Shown here piece after piece: positions 58,167 to 64,000 of a stretch of 64,000 nucleotides of DNA; positions within the stretch are counted from its first letter, which is position 1, and each line of letters begins with the position of its first letter. Both the position numbers and the translations under genes were made by a program. Below the pieces are notes generated by a model. It searched no databases and was not told the DNA's origin. It saw only the letters and a program-made list of their open reading frames with translations. Origin of the DNA: an uncultured Bacteroidales bacterium (lineage in GTDB: Bacteria; Bacteroidota; Bacteroidia; Bacteroidales; UBA932); contig ONOH01000007.1 of the NCBI GenBank assembly GCA_900319405.1, positions 865 to 64,864 on the forward strand, given 5' to 3'.

Positions 58167-60593
58167 ATGAAACGAACCATGATGTTTCTGCTGGCACTCG
58201 TACTGTGCGTGACCAGCCTGGCTCAGGGCCGCCCTCAACGTCCGGAGGCCAAGGACAAAGCGGAAGAGAAGAAGGAAGCTCCCGCTCCGGTAAACCTCAA
58301 CTTCTCCAAGGGCCTTCTTTCCGTGGCCCAGAATGAAAAAGACTGGTATCTGGAGGTGCCCGACAGCCTGCTGGGCCGCCGTATGCTGGCGGTGACCCGC
58401 TATGTGGCCAACACGATGGGCGCCGGCGTCTATGGCGGAGAGCAGGTAAATGACGCGATGCTCTACTGGGAGAAGGCTCCCAACGGGAACCTGATTCTCC
58501 GGGTGGACGTCGTGAACGTGGAGGCTCCTTCGGAGGATATCATCGCCCAGGCGGTGCGCGTGAGCTCCGAGAACCCCATCGTGGCCTCCTTCAAGCCGGA
58601 GAAATCGGCCACGCCCGGCACCACGCGCATCAAGGCCAACAGCCTCTTCGAAGGTGACTTGCAGGTATTTTCGCTGGATGCCCGCACCAAGAAGGCGAAC
58701 AACCTGGGCGGCATCAAGGCCGATGCCAGCTTCATCCAGAGCATGCGCACCTATCCCATCAACACGGAGGTGACGGTGACCAAGACCTACACCTACAACC
58801 AGCCCCAGGGCGGCGCTCCCGGAGCCGCAGCTCCGCAGCAGCGTACCAACAGCCTCCCTGCCGGCCGTGAGGCGGGCGTGGTGACGGTGGTCCTCAACAC
58901 TTCTATCCTCCTGCTGCCCGAAAAGCCGATGCAACAGCGTTGGTTCGACCCCCGCGTGGGCTATTTCGCCGGCGGCTACACCCATTTCTCCGACGACCAG
59001 CAGGGCGTGGAGCAGATCCGCTACATCACCCGCTGGCGCCTGGAAGCCCGTCCCGAGGATGTGGAGAAGCAGAAAAGGGGAGAACTGGTGGAACCTGTCA
59101 AACCCATCATCTATTACATCGATCCCGCTACGCCCAAGCAGTGGCGCAAGCACCTGATCGCCGGCGTGAACGACTGGCAGGTGGCCTTCGAGCAGGCCGG
59201 CTGGAAAAACGCCATCCGGGGAGAGGAGTGGCCGGAGAATGCCGAGCAGCTGGGAATGAGTCTCGAGGACGCCCGCTTCTCCGTCATCCGCTATCTGGCT
59301 TCTCCCATCGCCAATGCCTACGGTCCCAACGTACACGACCCCCGCAGCGGTGAAATCCTGGAAAGCCATATCGGCTGGTATCACAATGTGATGACGCTGG
59401 TGCACGACTGGTATCAGATTCAGGTGGCCGCCGTGGATCCCCGCGCCCGTTCTTTCAAGTATGACGAAGACCTGATGGGAGACCTCATCCGTTTCGTGTC
59501 TTCCCATGAGGTGGGCCATACCCTGGGCCTTCGCCACAACAAGGGTTCCTCCAGCTTTACCCCGGTGGAGAAGCTCCGCGACAAGGAGTGGGTGGAAAAG
59601 CACGGCCACACCGTCTCCATTATGGACTACGCCCGTTTCAACTACGTGGCCCAGCCGGAGGACGGCATCGGCAAGGATGGCATCTATCCCCGCATCAACG
59701 ACTATGACAAATGGGCCATCGAATTCGGCTACAAGCCCACTTACATTGCCGATGCCAAGGAAGACCACCTGTGGTGGAACAAGGAAATCATCGCCCGCCT
59801 GAAGGCCCATCCCAACCTGTGGTTCGGCGGCGAGGGCTACGACACCGACCCCCGCGCCCAGAGCGAAGACCTGGGAGATGACGCCGTGGCCGCCAGCAAT
59901 TACGGCATTGCCAACCTCCAGCGCATCATCGGCCAGCTTCCCGAGTGGAACACCGAGGAGGCCAATACCCACACCAACCTGAACCGGATGTACAGCGCCC
60001 TGGTTCAGCAGTATGGCCGATATCTGGGTCACGTAGCGATGAACATCGGTGGCCGCTACATCACCTACAAGAGCGTGGAGCAGCCCGGCGATGTATATGC
60101 CCCCGTTCCCAAGGAGCACCAGAAAAAGTGCCTGGACTTCCTGAACCAGCGGCTGTTCATGAAGCCCTCCTGGCTGGTGGATCAGCCCTATATCTATGTC
60201 CTGACCGACTCTCCCGAAAGCAAGCTCTATCCGCTGGTGAACAACATCGTCAGCGCCAGTTTCCTCCTGGGCCTGGATCGTCTGGACCGGATGGCGAACC
60301 TGGGTGACTATGCTCCGGAAGCGTACCTGGAAGACCTTCACCGGATGGTGTTCACGGAACTGGAGAAGGGCGGAAAGGTTTCCAGCTACCGCCGTTACCT
60401 CCAGACCCGCTTTGTGACCGCGGCACTGGAAGTGGTGAACGGGCAGCGTGCCAAGTCTTCGCCCAGCCGCGCCCTCCTTCTGGGAGAACTCCTGGACATC
60501 CAGAAGAAGGCCGCCAAAGGCAAAGGCCCCGATACGGCCACCAAGGCCCACTGGACCGCCCTCGCCACCCAAATCGAGAAAGGCTTGAAATAG
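58167..60593 (+). CDS. Secreted zinc-dependent metalloprotease
   Basis: Signal peptide; DPRVGYF, KPI.YYIDP, DPRSGEI, HEVGHTLGLRHN and SIMDY motifs. Confidence 0.9.
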   Translation: MKRTMMFLLALVLCVTSLAQGRPQRPEAKDKAEEKKEAPAPVNLNFSKGLLSVAQNEKDWYLEVPDSLLGRRMLAVTRYVANTMGAGVYGGEQVNDAMLYWEKAPNGNLILRVDVVNVEAPSEDIIAQAVRVSSENPIVASFKPEKSATPGTTRIKANSLFEGDLQVFSLDARTKKANNLGGIKADASFIQSMRTYPINTEVTVTKTYTYNQPQGGAPGAAAPQQRTNSLPAGREAGVVTVVLNTSILLLPEKPMQQRWFDPRVGYFAGGYTHFSDDQQGVEQIRYITRWRLEARPEDVEKQKRGELVEPVKPIIYYIDPATPKQWRKHLIAGVNDWQVAFEQAGWKNAIRGEEWPENAEQLGMSLEDARFSVIRYLASPIANAYGPNVHDPRSGEILESHIGWYHNVMTLVHDWYQIQVAAVDPRARSFKYDEDLMGDLIRFVSSHEVGHTLGLRHNKGSSSFTPVEKLRDKEWVEKHGHTVSIMDYARFNYVAQPEDGIGKDGIYPRINDYDKWAIEFGYKPTYIADAKEDHLWWNKEIIARLKAHPNLWFGGEGYDTDPRAQSEDLGDDAVAASNYGIANLQRIIGQLPEWNTEEANTHTNLNRMYSALVQQYGRYLGHVAMNIGGRYITYKSVEQPGDVYAPVPKEHQKKCLDFLNQRLFMKPSWLVDQPYIYVLTDSPESKLYPLVNNIVSASFLLGLDRLDRMANLGDYAPEAYLEDLHRMVFTELEKGGKVSSYRRYLQTRFVTAALEVVNGQRAKSSPSRALLLGELLDIQKKAAKGKGPDTATKAHWTALATQIEKGLK

Positions 60594-60603
60594 CCGCAAA
60601 TCG

Positions 60604-60692
60604 CAAGTGTGTGATACTGATGCATTTACGTAAAATCCTCTGCGCTTTTTGCGCAGAGGATTTTACGTTATGTGCTGATAATCAGCGTATTA
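60604..60692. repeat. 89-bp tripartite palindromic element, copy 6
   Basis: Arms 60604-60628 (degenerate) and 60668-60692, core 60634-60662. Between the convergent protease and pgk genes. Confidence 0.9.
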
Positions 60693-60701
60693 TGTGTCGC
60701 G

Positions 60702-61955
60702 CTATTCCATAATAGCGGCGATGCCGGGAAGGACTTTGCCTTCGATGGCTTCCAGCATGGCGCCGCCGCCGGTGGAGACGTAGCTTACCTTGTCGGCATA
60801 GCCCATCTGGGTAACGGCTGCCACGGAGTCACCGCCGCCCACGAGGGTGTAGGCGCCGTTCTTGGTGGCTTCGGCCAGGTCTTCGGCAATCTGGAGGGTT
60901 CCCTTGGCGAAGTTGGGCAGCTCGAAAACGCCCACGGGGCCGTTCCAGAGGATGGTCTTGGAGGCGAGGATGATCTTTTTCCAGTTCTCCAGGGAAGCGG
61001 GGGCGGCATCCATGCCCTCCCAGTCGTCGGGAATTTCCCGGATGGGGAAGATCTGGCGGGGCGTGTCGTTGTCGAACTTCTGGCCGCAGACGGTGGCTAC
61101 GCTCAGGGACAGGTTCACGCCGCGCTCCTGGGCCTCCTTCATAATCTCGAGGGCGTCGGGGATGAGGTCGTCTTCGTGCAGGGACAGGCCCACATGGCCG
61201 CCCTGGGCCTTGATGAAGGTATAGCCCATGCCGCCGCCGATGATGAGGTTGTCCACCTTGCCGACAAGGTTCTTCAGGACGGCCAGCTTGGAGCTCACCT
61301 TGGAGCCGCCGATAATGGCGGTCAGGGGACGCTGGGCGTTTTTGAGCACATTGTCGATGGCCTTGATCTCTCCTTCCATCAGGTAGCCGAACATTTTGTC
61401 ATTGGGGAAGTACTCGGCGATGAGGGCCGTGGAGCCGTGGGCGCGGTGGGCGGTGCCGAAAGCGTCGTTGATGTAGCAGTCGGCATAGGAGGCGAGGGTC
61501 TTGACAAACTCCTTCTGGGAGGCCTTTACGGCAGCCTTGGCGGCTTTCTTCTCCTCGTCGGTGGCGTCTTCGGCCAGGCCGCGGGGCTTGCCTTCTTCCT
61601 CGGCGTAGAAGCGGAGGTTCTCCAGGAGGAGGGCTTCGCCGCTCTTGAGGGCGTCGGCCTGTGCCTTGGCCTTCTGGCAGTCATCGGCAAACTGGACGGG
61701 AACACCCAGGCACTCGCTCACGTGGTTCACGATGTGCTTGAGGGAGAACTTGGGATCCACCTTCTTGGGACGGCCCAGGTGGGACATGATGATGAGGGAA
61801 CCTCCTTCTGCGAGCACCTTTTTGAGGGTGGGCATCGCCCGGCGGATGCGGGTGTCGTCCGTGATTTCGAATTTCTCGTTCAGGGGGACGTTGAAGTCTA
61901 CGCGTACGATGGCCTTCTTGCCTTTGAAATCGTACTTGTCAATGAATTGTTGCAT
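60702..61955 (-). CDS. pgk: Phosphoglycerate kinase
   Basis: [38 protein letters not shown] and STGGGA motifs. Confidence 0.98.
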   Translation of the reverse strand: MQQFIDKYDFKGKKAIVRVDFNVPLNEKFEITDDTRIRRAMPTLKKVLAEGGSLIIMSHLGRPKKVDPKFSLKHIVNHVSECLGVPVQFADDCQKAKAQADALKSGEALLLENLRFYAEEEGKPRGLAEDATDEEKKAAKAAVKASQKEFVKTLASYADCYINDAFGTAHRAHGSTALIAEYFPNDKMFGYLMEGEIKAIDNVLKNAQRPLTAIIGGSKVSSKLAVLKNLVGKVDNLIIGGGMGYTFIKAQGGHVGLSLHEDDLIPDALEIMKEAQERGVNLSLSVATVCGQKFDNDTPRQIFPIREIPDDWEGMDAAPASLENWKKIILASKTILWNGPVGVFELPNFAKGTLQIAEDLAEATKNGAYTLVGGGDSVAAVTQMGYADKVSYVSTGGGAMLEAIEGKVLPGIAAIME

Positions 61956-62027
61956 ACGGTAAGAATTAAATAACCTTCATTTGTCTAATCTGCAAAGTTA
62001 GTTATCTTTGCAGAAAATATCAAAATT

Positions 62028-62975
62028 ATGGCGGTCGAATTCCCTGCAACATACTGGAAAGACTATGAACTCCTGGATTCCGGCAACGGAGAAAAGCTGG
62101 AACGCTTCGGAAAATATGTACTGCGGCGCCCCGAACCCAAGGCCCTCTGGATGCCTTCCCTCCCGGATGCGGAGTGGAAACGCCTGAGCCACGTGACGTT
62201 CAGGCCCGGAGCCGGATTCGGCAAGGCCGGCAAGGAAGACAGCGGCACCTGGGAGCGTTCCCGGAAGATGGAAGACCAGTGGGCCATCGCCTATAACGGA
62301 GCGCCGGACCCCGAAACCCACGCCGCCAGCGACCTGCACCTGGCCCTGCGCCTGGGCCTCACTTCTTTCAAGCACGTGGGCGTGTTCCCGGAGCAGGCCC
62401 CCAACTGGGAATTCATCTACCGGGAAACCGCCCGCCTGGGGCGCATCCACAAGGCCAACGGCCTCCCCGCTCCCAAGGTCCTCAACCTTTTTGCCTATAC
62501 CGGAGCCGCCTCCCTTGCCGCCAAATGCGCCGGGGCCGATGTCACCCACCTGGACTCCGTTCGCCAGGTAGTTACCTGGGCCCGGGAGAATATGGAGCGC
62601 AGCGGCCTGGACGGCATCCGCTGGGTGGTGGAGGACGCCCTGAAGTTTGCCAGGCGCGAGGCCAGGCGGGGCAACCGGTACGACGGCATCATCCTGGATC
62701 CGCCCGCTTACGGCCACGGCCCCGACGGGGAGAAGTGGAAACTGGACGAACTCCTGTTCGGCCTGTTGCAGAATGTATCGGCCATCCTCTCCGGGCGGGA
62801 CGCCTTTATGGTCCTCAACCTCTATTCCAACGGTTACAGCGCCGCCCTCGGAGAAACCGTGGTGCGGGAAGCCTTCAAGGGTGATTTCCGGGAAATGAGC
62901 TCCGGTGAACTGGCCCTGGCCGATTCCTTCGGCAAGGTTCTTCCGCTGAGCATCTATGTCCGGCTGAAGCGCTGA
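62028..62975 (+). CDS. Class I SAM-dependent methyltransferase (RlmI/RlmK-like)
   Basis: YELLDSG..EKLERFG, FKH.G.FPEQ..NW, LNLFAYTG and ILDPP motifs. Confidence 0.85.
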   Translation: MAVEFPATYWKDYELLDSGNGEKLERFGKYVLRRPEPKALWMPSLPDAEWKRLSHVTFRPGAGFGKAGKEDSGTWERSRKMEDQWAIAYNGAPDPETHAASDLHLALRLGLTSFKHVGVFPEQAPNWEFIYRETARLGRIHKANGLPAPKVLNLFAYTGAASLAAKCAGADVTHLDSVRQVVTWARENMERSGLDGIRWVVEDALKFARREARRGNRYDGIILDPPAYGHGPDGEKWKLDELLFGLLQNVSAILSGRDAFMVLNLYSNGYSAALGETVVREAFKGDFREMSSGELALADSFGKVLPLSIYVRLKR

Positions 62976-63032
62976 TGCCGAAGGCTAAGCCTGATTCTCG
63001 TGGGCAATGACGGCCGTCTCCGCTTTCCGCCC

Positions 63033-63911
63033 TTAAATACCGTGGGCGAAATGGGTGGAGTCTTTTTTGGGAGAGGTTTTCTCCGGCTGGACGGCACGGG
63101 CGGGGAGCTTTCGCACGAAGGCATAGACCAGGAAGCCGATGCCCAGCAGCACGAAGGGGATGCTCAGGAGCTGGCCCATATTCAGGAGCATATCCTGCTC
63201 GAATTCCACCTGGGGATTCTTGACGAATTCAATCAAAAAGCGGCTGCCGAAGCACACGATGAGGAAAAGGCCCACGAAGGTGCCGCGGTACAGGCTGTCC
63301 AGTTTTTTCCAGTACAGCCACATCAGCAGAAGGCCCAGCAGAAGGTAAGTCCCGGCCTCGTAAAGCTGTGTGGGATGGCAGGGAAGCGTTTCTCCGTTGC
63401 GCTGGAACACAAAGCCCCAGGGAAGGCTGGTGGGACCGCCGTAGATCTCTGAGTTGAAGAGGTTTCCCAACCGGATGAAGCAGGCGGCGAAGGAGATGGG
63501 AATAACCAGGTGGTCCAGCACCCAGACATAGTCGAAATGATTCTTCGGGCCATACTTCCGGGCATACCACCAGATGCCCAGCAGGAGGGCGATGGTGCCG
63601 CCGTGGCTGGCAAGGCCGCCTTTCCAGGGCATGAAGATTTCCCAAAAGCCCTGCCAGCTTCCCAGGTAATAGTCCGGCTGGTAGAAGAGGCAGTGCCCCA
63701 GGCGGGCGCCCACGATGGTGCAGACAAGCAGCATATACAGCATGGGGTCCAGGAGGTCTTCGCTGATTTTTTCCCGGCGGAAGAAACTTCTCATGATGTA
63801 CCAGCCCAGGATGAATCCGCTGACAAACAGCAGCGAATACCAGCGGAGCTCGATGCCGCCCAGTTGGAAGATGACCGGGTCTATGTTCCAGTTGATGGTC
63901 AGATATTGCAT
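63033..63911 (-). CDS. lgt: Prolipoprotein diacylglyceryl transferase
   Basis: RWY, GARLGH, GGLASHGG, RLGN.FN.E and HPTQLYE motifs. Start ATG 63911. Confidence 0.95.
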   Translation of the reverse strand: MQYLTINWNIDPVIFQLGGIELRWYSLLFVSGFILGWYIMRSFFRREKISEDLLDPMLYMLLVCTIVGARLGHCLFYQPDYYLGSWQGFWEIFMPWKGGLASHGGTIALLLGIWWYARKYGPKNHFDYVWVLDHLVIPISFAACFIRLGNLFNSEIYGGPTSLPWGFVFQRNGETLPCHPTQLYEAGTYLLLGLLLMWLYWKKLDSLYRGTFVGLFLIVCFGSRFLIEFVKNPQVEFEQDMLLNMGQLLSIPFVLLGIGFLVYAFVRKLPARAVQPEKTSPKKDSTHFAHGI

Positions 63912-64000
63912 ATCGGCAAAGATAGCAAAAAAAATGCTAATCATCCGCATCGGGGCCGATATTGAAAAAAAGCGGACAAACCTGTACGCAGGCTTGATAT

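Noticed and set aside
62976-63032. Possible REP fragments (GCAATGACG here; CAGAATGACA at 13237; TGTCATTCCG at 8634)
   Set aside because: Matches of only 9-10 nt cannot be distinguished from chance.

Overview
A GC-rich Bacteroidales chromosome segment, judged from repeated TAnnTTTG -7 promoter boxes, the Bacteroidetes atp gene order and fimbrillin-like lipoproteins. Most of it is housekeeping: eno, pfkA, pgk, split transketolase, an aromatic amino acid operon, rplM-rpsI-rpsB-tsf, atpDCBEFHAG, malQ, rnpA, lgt and lpxK. An accessory stretch at ~17.1-23.4 kb carries a three-gene HipA module, a pilin-like lipoprotein preceded by an unannotated 41-aa peptide and a G9-containing uORF, an AAA ATPase, and an ATPase/serpin deletion scar. 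The most striking signal is a dispersed 89-bp tripartite palindromic element: [TAA-N5-TGA-N3-TCA-N5-TTA]-N5-[AATCCTCTGCGC-A5/T5-GYGCAGAGGATT]-N5-[TAA-N5-TGA-N3-TCA-N5-TTA]. Six copies have identical spacing: five lie at convergent gene junctions and one is translated in frame inside a MATE gene. A seventh, degenerate copy supplies one gene's stop codon and the next gene's start codon. Other palindromic repeat families are also inserted in frame in housekeeping proteins. No rRNA, tRNA, CRISPR array, transposase, integrase or reverse transcriptase was recognised. All product calls come from reading motifs by eye; no database search was run.
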